This document shows positions 1 to 12,085 of a DNA stretch of 64,000 nucleotides, one piece after another; positions within the stretch are counted from its first letter, which is position 1; every line of letters begins with the position of its first letter. Location: NCBI GenBank assembly GCA_964016885.1, contig OZ024740.1, forward strand, positions 92,070,001 through 92,134,000, in the 5' to 3' direction. Position numbers and translations under genes: made by a program. The notes beneath the pieces were generated by a model. The model made no database searches and was not told where the DNA came from. It saw only the letters and a program-made list of their open reading frames with translations. Origin of the DNA: Eledone cirrhosa (taxonomy: Eukaryota).

Positions 1-68
1 TTAAAACAGTTATAGGGATGATACATAGGATGTGATCCATGGATTGATTCTAATAGCAGAAAAAAAGA
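1..68. mobile_element. Terminus of a TA-anchored element running in from the left edge; inverted homolog of 2457-2524
   Basis: Reverse complement of 1-68 aligns with few mismatches to tttttctgctattggaattaatccatggattacatcc...taactgttttaa at 2457-2524; both abut (TA)n. Confidence 0.55.
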
Positions 69-310
69 TATATATATATAGAGAGAGAGAGATACATACG
101 CATACATATACACATATATATATATACAAATACGTACATACACATACATACACATATATATACAAGCACACACACATACACATACTATATACACACACAC
201 ACATATACATTTACACACACACATGTATATATGTAGGCACACAATTATGCATACACATACATATATACACGCACACATACATATTCACACATACATATAC
301 TCACACATGT
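69..310. repeat. Mixed (TA)n/(GA)n/(CA)n/(TACA)n microsatellite
   Basis: Direct reading. Confidence 0.9.
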
Positions 311-369
311 TTTCTCCTATATCATTTTCTATATTTGTTTAGTTGTATTCATAATATTTGAATGTCCTT

Positions 370-2398
370 CTAATGTTATGGTTATATACTATAATTAATT
401 ATTTTCTTTTATTTAATAGAGTGTCCTTCGATTTAGTAATTTCAAAAATGTCTTGGGAACATGGTCCACACTCCCTTCTATTGCCCTGATAAGAAATCGC
501 TCTCTTAAGAATCTTCCAAGTTAGGTTATATTTAATTTTCCTCTTTTTACAATTATTAACTGCTTCTGCTAAAGAAGTGGTATTAGCTAATTTTGTGTTT
601 CGAAAACTGTGGGTGTGTGCATAAAATCTCGATTAAACGGATTAGAACTACATCCATTATAGGATTGATTAGAGTCCTTAGTGGTGGTTACACATTTATA
701 TACTATATTATTAATTAAGCAATTTCCATTTAAAGGGCAATTATCTTTATTCTACAATTACAACCGTTTGCATATACGGTTTCAGATGTGCTATCCATAT
801 TCCCAACAATAGTGCTAGTATTTGTGTTTACCTTTTTATTTAGGAGAGACGAGTTTACGGTTGGGTGGTCACGGGTCGAAGGGTTGTTAGTTGATGAAAT
901 TATACTGCATATAGCGTTTATAGAATCATGGTTGTTTTGGAAGCTATTGGTTAGATTGGGTATGTAATTCTTAGTCCCTATTAAGGATGAGGAAGATTGT
1001 AGTTGGTTGTAGGCTGCTGTATTGTGCTGGTGAGGTGAGTGAATGGAGGTAGCAGGTGGGTATGTAGGAATATTCTGGTTATGCGTTGTAGTATTACCAT
1101 AGTTATCTTGTGTGTGGTTTACTATTGTGTGTGGTATACATGGAGCTTTTTTACATTTATAGATGTTATATGCACTTATTTTTTTGTTGTATATTGCTCG
1201 ATGTGGAGTAAGAAAATGTTACTGTATTTCTGTTTAAGATTTGATGGTATTTGGGGTTAGGTGGGAAATGCTTATCGAGAATTGAAAAAAAAGTTTTAGG
1301 GATTTGGCCAATAGTTTGCAATTTGAATGGAGCGTTATACCATGTTACATTTCTTTTATGGTCTCTAAAAGATTTCCTCTTATTATATTGGGTATGTATA
1401 GAAGTTTGAGGGTAGATATTGTTATCAGATGAACTTATAATATTGTGATTGTTATTATGGGTGTGAACTAATTGTTTAGTAGATTTTTGAATTGTATTAG
1501 TTTTTGATGTATTGCTTTTTGTTTGATTTATAGAGGATATTGTGAGTTTTATTAATGGAGCATTACTGATAGGACCAAGAATGTTGGTATCATTCTTGTT
1601 ATCTACGGTAGTTCGGATATATTTCTCTGGTTTTGGGGATTGTAAGGATGTAGTTTGGTTAGGTTGAATGTTCAATGAAATATGTAATATATCATTAGGT
1701 TTATTGCGAGAATTAAGATATAAGATGTTATTTTTAACTGCTTTTTTAAGAGTAGTAGAATTAGGTGTTTTCGTATGGCCAGTAGTAATTTTATTAGGTA
1801 AGTTATAGAAATATTCGGAATCGTTATGATTCATGATTTTTAGAGAATTTGTGTCATTCGTGTTAATGTGGATATTGGGGGTAATGGTAGGATCTAGGTT
1901 TTTCGGTGTTTCATTGCTGGCACTAACTGTTTGGTATTTTCTACGGTGTTTGTTGCTTATGCTCTGCTGTATATTATGGGTATTCATGGTGTTAGTTATG
2001 TAAAATATTTTATCCTTGTAACCACTTCTAGTTAAATCCTCATTATAATAATGTGCATTTTATAGAATATTTCTTCATTAGATGATAATTTAGATAGTCT
2101 GAGTGATATATTGTGCACTAGAGTTCTTAGTATGGAACTAGGGTGGTTGGATAGGGAGTGTATATAATGAAGGTTTTGGTTTGGTTTTTGGTAGGGTTGG
2201 TAAGTGCCTGTTGATAAGTCTAAAGTGATGTCGAGGACATTGACTATTTTAGTGCTATTTTCAAATGTAACGGTAAGATTATAGTATTTTTTTAGGAATT
2301 TCCTAATATGCTTTTCATTTCTCTCAAGTGCTGAGAGACTAAGATTGCTAGATAGACAAGACAGTCATCGCGATATAGACCACACTTGAGGTGGGGAA
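370..2398 (-). pseudogene. Decayed, 5'-truncated Naiad-like Penelope element (RT C-terminal half, long N/T-rich linker, GIY-YIG)
   Basis: Minus translation gives GLYRDDCL (~2365), NVTWYNAPF...ILDKHFPP.PKYHQILNRNTVTFSYS (ORF 1166-1987) and WKILKRA.SY...CGPCS...LLNKRK (~400-520); several stops and frameshifts. Confidence 0.85.
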
Positions 2399-2433
2399 AA
2401 GAGAAAATATATATGTGTATATGTATACGTATG

Positions 2434-2455
<22 letters not shown>

Positions 2456-2464
<9 letters not shown>

Positions 2465-3359
2465 TCTGCTATTGGAATTAATCCATGGATTACATCCTAT
2501 ATCTCATCCCTATAACTGTTTTAAGTAATTAACTATAATTTAACACTATATATTACATTATTTTCTATAATCTAACAGAAATGTTTAACTGATTTCCATT
2601 TAAACCTCCTTTTTTGAAAAAAAACAACACATTATTAATGTAGATTCTTATTCGAAAATATAATTCCCTACAGGGAAAACTTCATTCTAACCACTCTAAG
2701 ACAATATAATACTTACACGGACTTTAGTATTTTCTTATCTATATAATATTTTATATATATTTTATCTAAATTGTACATCAATTCGATTCCATTTTTATTC
2801 ATCCACTTATTATTATATATTTTTAGAACAAATTATTCCTCTCAACGAAGAAATAACAAACATTTTAATATTGTTCTATACCATTCTACTTGGTGTAACA
2901 CACTAATCTCAGTACCCCTTTTCCTCCAACCGTAATCTTCTTTGACCGTCAACACTTTTATATACAATATGTCTAAATTCATTTACACTAGCACATTCAT
3001 TTCTTTTCTTAAAATACATTTGATACCTCATCCCCTGACGGCTTATTTATTCATCTACTACTACCAACTTAAGGATCTATACTGCCTCTTCCTATTCTTA
3101 ATATTGGTCAACCTCAACCTGGTTATAAAACGTTATTTATTAATATATATATTTTTTTATATTCTTCAATAAACAAAACTCATTATTTCTGAAGAGGGCG
3201 GGTAGTGAAGACGTATGTATATTTTCTTACTATAATATTTTGTAATATATTTTACAAAGATCAATAATAGAATGGACTTACGGGGAACTACGCCCCCCCC
3301 CCCCCGAAACTATTGTAATTTAATGAATTAAAATATGAATTAACCGTGTTTTTGTTTAA

Positions 3360-3366
<7 letters not shown>
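2456..3366. mobile_element. Non-coding microsatellite-flanked insertion carrying an HHR (probable PLE terminal-repeat DNA)
   Basis: Bounded by (TA)n and (CT)n/(TA)n; left end repeats position 1-68 inverted; HHR near right end. Confidence 0.5.
3181..3325 (+). ncRNA. Type I hammerhead ribozyme with ~110-nt extended stem II
   Basis: cattattt-CTGAAGA-GGGCGGGTAGT...ACTACGCCC(C)n-GAAA-Ctatt-GTA-atttaatg; stem I catta/taatg; inner pairings cgtatgt/acttacg and tttgtaa/ttacaaa. Confidence 0.7.
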
Positions 3367-3444
<78 letters not shown>

Positions 3445-3448
<4 letters not shown>

Positions 3449-4605
3449 AATGGCGTGCAGCGTGGTTGCACATGTGTTATATATGAATAAAATTAGTCCT
3501 TCATCAGTGATCTTCCAACCTTCATTGGTATTTCATCGCTTTAAAGATCATATACCTCTGGTTTATGCGAGCAATAACTAAAACAGTATTGGGACACGTA
3601 AATAGGGTAAAGCGAGCGAGACATAGATAGTAATGTAACGGAAAGAGAGGAGGAGGAGAGACAAGTCCGTGATATCTATAAACTTAAGCTCGGTGAATCA
3701 TAGACGAGAGGTAAAACCATCCGACCTGAGCGAGATGTGAGCGAGAAAATGATTTCACACAGGTCAAGCGGGAGGGAGTGAGAGATGGGGAGAAGCATAG
3801 AGTGAGTGAGTGAAAGGGTGAGGAAGAGGCCAGCTGAGAGAGAGTGACTGGCTATACCTCTGGTGGGTGCGAGCAATAACTGAAAAAAAAGGTATTGGGA
3901 CACGTACATTAGGGTGAAGCGAGCGAGACATGTAAACAAACGGAGATGGTATTGCAACGGACTGATAGGAAGAGAAGAGACAAGTCCGCGATATCTATGA
4001 ACTTAAGCTGGGTGAAATCATAGACAAGAGGTAAAACCATCCGACCTGGGTGAGATGTGAGCGAAAAAGGATTTCACACAGGTCAAACGGGAGGATGTGA
4101 GAGAGGGAGAAAACCAGAGAGTGAGTGAGTCAAAGTGTGCGGAAGAGGCCAGCTGGGAGAGAGTGATTCGCAGAGGGGGAAAAAGAAGATGAGAGATACA
4201 AAGAAATGGGAATCAGTATGAAAGAAACAGACAGGTTTCAGCGGAGGAAAAAAAATATAAATATATGAAAAATGGCGTGCTGCGTTGTTGCACATAGGTT
4301 ACATATGAATACAATTAGTCCTTCCTCAGTGATCTTCCAACCTTCATTGTTATATTCATCGTTTAAAGATCTTATACCTCTGGTTGGTGCGAGCAATAAC
4401 TAAAGAAAGTTATTGGCACACGTAAAATAGGGTGAAGCGAGCGAGACATGTAAACAAACATAGATGGTAATGCAACGGAAAGAGAGGAAGAGAAGAGACA
4501 AGTCAGTGATATCTATGAACTTCAGCTCGGTGAAACCAACCAGGGGTATATGATATTTAAAGCGATGAAATACCAATGAAGGTTGGAAGATCACCGATGA
4601 AGGAC

Positions 4606-4610
<5 letters not shown>
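3445..4610. mobile_element. Non-coding TA-flanked element: tandem left arm (period 822, with a 302-bp internal duplication) plus short inverted right arm
   Basis: gaaaaatggcgtgc at 3445 and 4267; tatacctctgg at 3551 and 3853; 4539-4610 is the reverse complement of ~3491-3562; weak HHR-like motif on minus at ~4223-4336. Confidence 0.7.
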
Positions 4611-4674
<64 letters not shown>

Positions 4675-5042
4675 ATATACATATATCAAAATAGAGATCC
4701 GAAGACATGGTATACATTTCCAATCGTTTTAATCACGACACATGTTCCAATAAGAGATAGATCGATCGAGTAGCCATGATCGATTATCACTGATCTCGTC
4801 ATGTACAAATGAATTGTCTTCAAATCCTTGATATGAGGGAGAAAATTATCGATGTTCACTCACAGAGTTTAGTCCCTTCGGATCTTTATTTTGATACAAA
4901 TACTCCGTTTTCATCATCTAGCTGTACCCATAAATGGAATTGGAGATATACAAAAGCGTTGAGAGCTTAATATTGTTAACAAAATTTATTTTTATTGGAC
5001 CGTTTGACACAACCAATAATACACCTTACTATATCTATACCT

Positions 5043-5127
<85 letters not shown>

Positions 5128-5414
5128 CAAATAACGAAACGAAATTAAATTTCGTTTCGCTTCTAACTCACTTTTGTATGACTGACGCTTAAACAATTAA
5201 GTTGAAGTGTACATCTACATATGTATACGGAAGTACTAGTATGCATATAAATACACACATGTATACATATGTACATGTACCGAGTTTTTCACTAGACACT
5301 TTACAATGAGTGTCCAGCTAGTCTGTATGTAAACAAACAGACGAACCGGGTTTTAAAGTCATACGAGTTTTCAAGGAAACACACTTCCTCTATTCTCCAG
5401 AGAGCCAAACAGGA

Positions 5415-5457
5415 ATATTGGACTAGTTTCGATGTTATTAGATCTCATCAGCAATAT
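5415..5457 (-). ncRNA. Minimal type I hammerhead ribozyme (one stem II mismatch)
   Basis: Minus: atattg-CTGATGA-gatctaataacatc-GAAA-cta-GTC-caatat. Confidence 0.85.
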
Positions 5458-5883
5458 ATACCTATCTTCCGGCTTCTCTGGAGAATTGTAAAAGCACATA
5501 TCGTTATATGCTTTTTCTATGAAAATCAGTAGTGGGCAGACTAATTTACATAGAACGTGAGTCATTGTACGCGCCGGTTCAGCGGTAACGATAAAAACAA
5601 ATAACGAAACGAAATTAAATTTCGTTTCGCTTCTAACTCACTTTTGTATGACTGACGCTTAAACAATTAAGTTAAAGTGTCGTCTACATATGTATACGGA
5701 AGTACTAGTATGCATATAAATACACACATGTATACATATGTACATGTACCGAGTTTTTCACTAGACACTTTACAGTGAGTGTCCAGCTAGTCTGTATGTA
5801 AACAAACAGACGAACTGGGTTTTAAAGTCATACGAGTTTTCAAGGAAACACACTTCCTCTATTCTCCAGAGAGCCAGACAGGA

Positions 5884-5926
5884 ATATTGGACTAGTTTCG
5901 ATGTTATTACATCTCATCAGCAATAT
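5884..5926 (-). ncRNA. Minimal type I hammerhead ribozyme, intact
   Basis: Minus: atattg-CTGATGA-GATGTaataACATC-GAAA-cta-GTC-caatat; palindromic stem III ACTAGT. Confidence 0.92.
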
Positions 5927-6577
5927 ATACCTATCTTCCGGCTTCTCTGGAGAATTGTAAAAGCACATATCGTTATATGCTTTTTCTATGAAAATCAGTA
6001 GTGGGCAGACTAATTTGCATAGAACGTGAGTCATTGTCCGCGCCGGTTCAGGGGAAACGATAAAAACAAATAACGAAACGAAATTAAATTTCGTTTCGCT
6101 TCTAACTCACTTTTGTATGACTGACGCTTCAACAATTAAGTTAAAGTGTTACCTGTTTGGCTCTCTGGAGAATAGAGGAAGTGTGTTTCCTTGAAAACTC
6201 GTATGACTTTAAAACCCGGTTCGTCTGTTTGTTTACATACAGACTAGCTGGACACTCACTATAAAGTGTGTAGTGAAAAACTCGGTACATGTACATATGT
6301 ATACATGTGTGTATTTATATGCATACTAGTACTTCCGTATACATATGTAGATGTACACTTTAACTTAATTGTTTAAGCGTCAGTCATACAAAAGTGAGTT
6401 AGAAGCGAAACGAAATTTAATTTCGTTTCGTTATTTGTTTTTATCGTTTCCGCTGAACCGGCGCGTACAATGACTCACGTTCTATGCAAATTAGTCTGCC
6501 CACTACTGATTTTCATAGAAAAAGCATATAACGATATGTGCTTTTACAATTCTCCAGAGAAGCCGGAAGATAGGTAT

Positions 6578-6620
6578 ATATTGCTGATGAGATGTAATAA
6601 CATCGAAACTAGTTCAATAT
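6578..6620 (+). ncRNA. Minimal type I hammerhead ribozyme (GUU cleavage triplet)
   Basis: atattg-CTGATGA-GATGTaataACATC-GAAA-cta-GTT-caatat. Confidence 0.9.
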
Positions 6621-7047
6621 TCCTGTCTGGCTCTCTGGAGAATAGAGGAAGTGTGTTTCCTTGAAAACTCGTATGACTTTAAAATCCGGTTCGTCTGTTT
6701 GTTTACATACAGACTAACTTGACACTCACTGTAAAGTGTCTAGTGAAAAACTCGGTACATGTACATATGTATACATGTGTGTATTTATATGCATACTAGT
6801 ACTTCCGTATACATATGTAGATGTACACTTTAACTTAATTGTTTAAGCGTCAGTCATATAAAAGTGAGTTAGAAGCGAAACGAAATTTAATTTCGTTTCG
6901 TTATTTGTTTTTATCTTTTCCGCTGAACCGGCGCGTACAATGACTCACGTTCTATGCAAATTAGTCTGCCCACTACTGAATTTCATAGACAAAGCATATA
7001 ACGATATGTGCTTTTACAATTCTCCAGAGAAGCCGGAAGATAGGTAT

Positions 7048-7090
7048 ATATTGCTGATGAGATGTAATAACATCGAAACTAGTCCAATAT
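7048..7090 (+). ncRNA. Minimal type I hammerhead ribozyme, intact
   Basis: atattg-CTGATGA-GATGTaataACATC-GAAA-cta-GTC-caatat. Confidence 0.92.
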
Positions 7091-7324
7091 CCCTGTCTGG
7101 CTCTCTGGAGAATAGAGGAAGTGTGTTTCCTTGAAAACTCGTATGACTTTAAAACCCGGTTCGTCTGTTTGTTTACATACAGACTAACTTGACACTCACT
7201 GTAAAGTGTCTAGTGAAAAACTCGGTACATGTACATATGTATACATGTGTGTATTTATATGCATACTAGTACTTCCGTATACATATGTAGATGTACACTT
7301 TAACTTAATTGTATATATATATAT

Positions 7325-7446
<122 letters not shown>

Positions 7447-7559
7447 TATCTGGCCCGTCTAGTTGGCGCTCGGCTAGGTATACCTGCCCCCACAACTCCA
7501 CTGCAAAGATACCCCACACCCTACTGTGTCACATTGTCCTTCCGACTCTATCTCTCTCT

Positions 7560-8225
7560 CCCTCTTTCTCTCTATGTGTATATATTGAAGGGAGATACGG
7601 AAACTAATACAGTGTTATCATATAGAGAGTGAAGTGCGACAGAGAGAGTAAAGCAATTAAATTATAGACAGGGCGAATGATCTCACATACATACATGCAT
7701 ATAATGTATAGTTAGATGTGTGTGTGTCTGTGTATGTGTGTTTGTGTGTGTGTATGTGCATGTGTGTGTATGTGTGTTTTGTTTTGATGTTATATTATGT
7801 GTGTATGTGTGTGTGTGTGTTACTTATGCGAGAGACGACAGTAAGTATGTGTATTTGTGTGTGTGTATGTAGGTGTGTGTATGTGTGTGCCTGTGTGTGT
7901 ACCTGTCTGTGTGTGTTAATTTTGAGGAGCGACGATAAAAAAACAGAGGGAGGGAAAATAGAGAGATATGCCGTTAGACAGAGAGAGATGCAATTAAAAC
8001 GGAAAGTAAAAGAGGGTTGTCATATAGAGAGTGAAGATAGACACAGAGTAAAGCAGTTAAATTACAGACAGGGTGAAAGCGGGAGAGAGACGACACTCAA
8101 CTTTATATTATTTGAGAGTGAAGAGCGACAGAGAGAATAAATCAGTTAAATTATAAAGAGGTGGAATGATCTATTATAGAGTGAGGGAAGAGCGATGGAG
8201 AGAGTAAAGCTAACAAACTATAGGG
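7560..8225. repeat. Degenerate purine-rich minisatellite interrupted by a (TG)n tract
   Basis: Motif agagtgaag..cgacagagagtaaagca.ttaaattata recurs near 7625, 8027, 8115 and 8178. Confidence 0.6.
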
Positions 8226-8399
8226 AGGTGTGTAGGATACATAGATACATACATACATACATAATACACACGACACTCAGCTTTATAATATTATAGATGT
8301 ATATATCCAATTACAAAAGGAATTAATAAACAAAAGTACCTATAATATCCTCTAATTCCAGAATACTGTGTCGCCGCTCCATGCGCAACCCATTTGCAC

Positions 8400-10710
8400 T
8401 ACACAAATGCATCATCCTTGTGAGTTTGATACGGCATACATGTATGTGTGTGGCGATGGCTACAAGAATTGAATAATTATTTCTATTTCTTAATAGTGTT
8501 TTGGCAGGTAAGTATATGAAATATTTCTTCAATACACAAATGACAAATTCTTGAGAGAGGCATAATTCAGCGTTGGGGACGCTTTCGAAATCGTATCCCA
8601 AGAGATTGAATAGCCAATATTATTGTCTTTTAACTACCACATTAGATGTGAAAGTGATGTAAAGCATTTTTTATCGGATCTAATAAAATTATGTCTGTGA
8701 TTATACTAGCGTTCTTTAAATTTTGTAGAAGTGGTTCCTATATAGTTATGTATTTTATCTGTATTGTGTACTCTGCATTTGTATACTAAGTTTTATCTAG
8801 GCAATTATTATGTAAAGGGCGATTTGATTCGTCTTTACAGTTACATTTGCCAGAGTTATTGTCACTATGAACGGTACTATTATTATTAGTATTAATACTG
8901 TTATTAGTAATATTAATATTGTTATCTTGGTTTATTTGGTTTGGGTTTAAAGTTAGGTTTCTATTATTAATTATATGTATATTTTGTGCTATGTTCATCG
9001 TAGTAGAGTAAGATAGTTTAATAGTATGTCTGTTAAATATAGAATGGTATATATGGGATTTAGGAAAACACTTATCTAATGCTTTGAAAAATAGGTTTGC
9101 TACAGGTGTTTTAACGCCTAACGAGAATGGGGGAAAGTACCAAATAATATTTGTAGTTCTACTTCTTTTGTTTGATTTACTATTTATGTTAAATTGCTTA
9201 TCATTATCATTATAGTGAATTTTAGGATGGTTTTGCATGTTATTATTAAATCCCGCCGAGGTTAACTTTGCCTTTCATCCTTCCGGGGTCGATAAAATAA
9301 AGTACCAGTAATGCACTGAGTAATTGTTGGCCTTGTGCCAAAAGTAGAAACAATTATTAACTAAATATTTATTTTTACTCATGCAGCCAGCTCTATATAA
9401 AGCATCATTGTAATATTCTGCCTTATCAAAAATATATTTATTAACTGAAATGCGTGAAATTATTTGCTGGATACTATTGAAAATAAGATTTTTTACATTT
9501 CTCGGACGGTTAGAATGGAAGCTTACGTATTTTAGGTTTTCATTAATATTATTGAAAGGGTGATATAGAACTGAGCTAAGGTTTAAAATTACATGGAAGG
9601 AGTTAACAGTTTTATTATTATTCTCAATTTCTATTTAAGGTTGTAATTATTGAAAAATTATATAATATATTTCTTTTTCCTATTTAGTTCGCTATTGTTA
9701 TGGTTTTCGACTATGAGTAACATGTCGTCGCGATATAAACCTCCGGCCATCTCTGGCATTTTTCTATGTAGTACATTAAGAATAAATATTCCAACGAGGT
9801 CTGGTACTTGAGCTGAGTCAAATGAACCCGTTGTGATGTCGAAATTGTTCTGTCTGTCAGCACTTGCCTAGAGATGGTTATTAAATTCAATTAGTGTTTT
9901 TCGTCCGGTTAAAATGATATTTATGTCTTCACTAGATAAGTCAGTATATTTTGAAGCATAAATAAGTACCTTATTAAGTAAGTTAGGGGTAATTGAGGAG
10001 TAGTAATTAGCAATATCCATTTGTATACATTTGTTCTTATGTTTTTATTTAATGTCCACAAACCAATCTACTATTTCATTTCTACCGTTCCATAGTTTAA
10101 GGTGTGATTTTTGCTTTAGTACTGCCATAATACTATCTAGTATATGTTTGCTAATTATGCCTAATTCACATTTACATTGTGCGATGAGTCTAACTGGTAG
10201 TTCAACTTCGAAGTTTCTTTTGTGGTCCTTCATATTAATATTCGGTTTCCTAGGTATAAAAGGTTCAGTCTTATTTTGAATGGCTAACTTATAAATCATT
10301 TCCGAAGCTTCTTTATTTAGTGTTGATAGATCTTCATTTCAGGTTATTTTAAATAGTTTTTCCTAAGTTCGTTCAATATCAAATTATTATATGCCTCATT
10401 TTCTATACCGTATAAGTTATTGGTTTTGTCCGATTTTACAAGGATCTTCTTTGTTTTTTCCAGATTGTCTATTTTGTTTTTGAGGCTTTTGTGGTATACC
10501 TGGCCAATAAATTGGTTCTTTTTAAATTTAACGTTCTGTATTATGGAGATTATTTCATTTTCAAATTCGGCTAATAGTTTGTTAAAAGGTGGATTTTTCT
10601 TTGATTTGAAAATAAGATAAAAATTATATTTGGATTTATTTTTTTCCTTTTCTGATTTCTTATTAAAATGGAAAGCGCACCATCTTAGTCTCCTTACAAA
10701 ACAACTTTTG
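8400..10710 (-). pseudogene. Decayed near-full-length Naiad-like Penelope ORF
   Basis: FVRRLRWCAFHF...FKSKKNPP...FENEI, SDKTNNLY, MKDHK..F....PVRLI, GLYRDD (~9730), NIIWYFPPFS...IKLSYSTT, CNC, YIGTTS; many disruptions; SINE inserted at ~9250. Confidence 0.88.
9248..9359 (+). mobile_element. 5'-truncated tRNA-derived SINE (octopus OR/OK-like)
   Basis: aaatcccgccgaggttaactttgcctttcatccttccggggtcgataaaataaagtaccag...ggccttgtgccaaaagtagaaacaattatta, shared with four other copies in the window. Confidence 0.85.
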
Positions 10711-10770
10711 TATTTTATCTGATGAGAGCGTACCACAATGTTGGTACCATTGAAATATATATAATAAATA
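10711..10770 (+). ncRNA. Type I hammerhead ribozyme in the inverted terminal arm (~10711-10905) of the 8.4-10.7 kb Naiad
   Basis: tttat-CTGATGA-gagcGTACCAcaatgtTGGTACcatt-GAAA-tatat-ATA-ataaa; downstream sequence resembles the terminal repeat of the 39.5-43.6 kb Naiad and ends in (TA)n. Confidence 0.75.
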
Positions 10771-11214
10771 TGGGTTTATAAATATAGTTTCCATTTATTA
10801 ATATCATTGATATTATACTCCAGAGAACCTGTAGAGTGTATCGAATCTGTTATAAATAAATTTCGTGAATAACCAACAAATTAAATGTTTCTTTGCTTAT
10901 ATATATATGACGATTTAAATTATTTATTGTTCAAAAGCATTAGCGCAGATGGAGCATACGAAATAATGAATCATTAATATATATCTACACTTCGCAAACG
11001 ATTGAAGGTTTAACTTCATATTTTTCTTACTCCAAACGACTTTTAAAATACGAATCCACGATTCACAATTCTATGATGCATAAATATGGTTTTTATTTTC
11101 CAACCATACCTCGACACAAATCATATCCTTTGAAAATTTATACTATACTGAATTTATACTATACTGAATCATATTTCCTTGTTATACAACACAGTAATTC
11201 TTATTTTTTTACTT

Positions 11215-11373
11215 TAATAATTGTTTCTAAAATGGTACTTTATTTTATCGAACCTGTAAGGATGTAAGGCAAAGTTAACCTCGGCGGGATTTGAATCTAG
11301 ACCATAAAGGGCCGTAACTCTTTGTTGCAAAGCATAGCGTCCGACCCTCTATCGATACTGCGAATATGCAACC
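11215..11373 (-). mobile_element. tRNA-derived SINE copy
   Basis: Reverse complement of the SINE consensus (aaggcaaagttaacctcggcgggatttgaa...gtccgaccctctatcgatactgc). Confidence 0.85.
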
Positions 11374-11829
11374 TATTACTTGATCTGGGTTCGTTATATA
11401 TAACATATTTATTTATTTTCTGAACTCATATCTAACTCATTGAATATGTTCGACTAAAGTAAATAATTATTTCCGATACACCTTCAGTATTCGTTTATAG
11501 AAACATCTCATTCACATAAAAATAAATTCCAGATACAGTACATTGTTTGTCTAATTTTTCAATAATTATATATAACATTTATTGAAAGCTCATATCCAAC
11601 AAAACACACATTTACTTATTTTATATCCATAAACATTCAGATAATTACTCGTCAAGAAGACCAAGTTCTCCACTAAATACAATATTTACTGTTTGTATAA
11701 AAAGGGGTTAATATATATAGTTGTATAAACAGACTTATAAAATAGCACGTACATTCATAAATAAAAAAACAAAATTCACACATGCCTACATACGCACGCA
11801 TGCACACACACACACATACACACACACAT

Positions 11830-11877
<48 letters not shown>

Positions 11878-11878
<1 letters not shown>

Positions 11879-12085
11879 TTTCATTTCTGAATTTGTTTAG
11901 CAAGATTCTTTATCTGAAATCGTGTGTTGAAACCGATATTGTTATACTTTGGGAGGGTCATGTTGCCAATAAGAAACACACGCACCAGTTCCTTTCACTT
12001 CAATTTATTATAATAAATTGAAGTGAAAGCTACTGGTGCGTGTGTTTCTTATTGGCAACATGACCCTCCCAAAGTATAACAATAT
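11878..12085. mobile_element. 208-bp palindromic mini-insertion made of the two 3' termini of the 20-27 kb PLE family
   Basis: Left arm matches 20359-20490, right arm matches ~26886-26959; centre aatttattataataaatt; (TA)n on both sides. Confidence 0.9.

Larger units (their letters stand above)
5121..7312. mobile_element. Retrozyme-like array: ~470-bp non-coding units, ~2.2 copies on minus joined head-to-head to ~2.5 copies on plus
   Basis: Period 469/470 bp; inversion junction at 6149-6152; one HHR per full unit; long (TA)n on both sides. Confidence 0.9.

Noticed and set aside
5371-7134. Four copies of a 64-aa ORF (MTHVLCKLVCP...)
   Set aside because: It recurs only because the repeat unit is young; it runs through the hammerhead, has no recognisable domain and is not evident in the diverged 48 kb relative.
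5121-7312. CRISPR-like or satellite interpretation of the array
   Set aside because: There are no unique spacers, the units are ~470 bp and the context is eukaryotic; the HHRs and inversion fit a retro-element.
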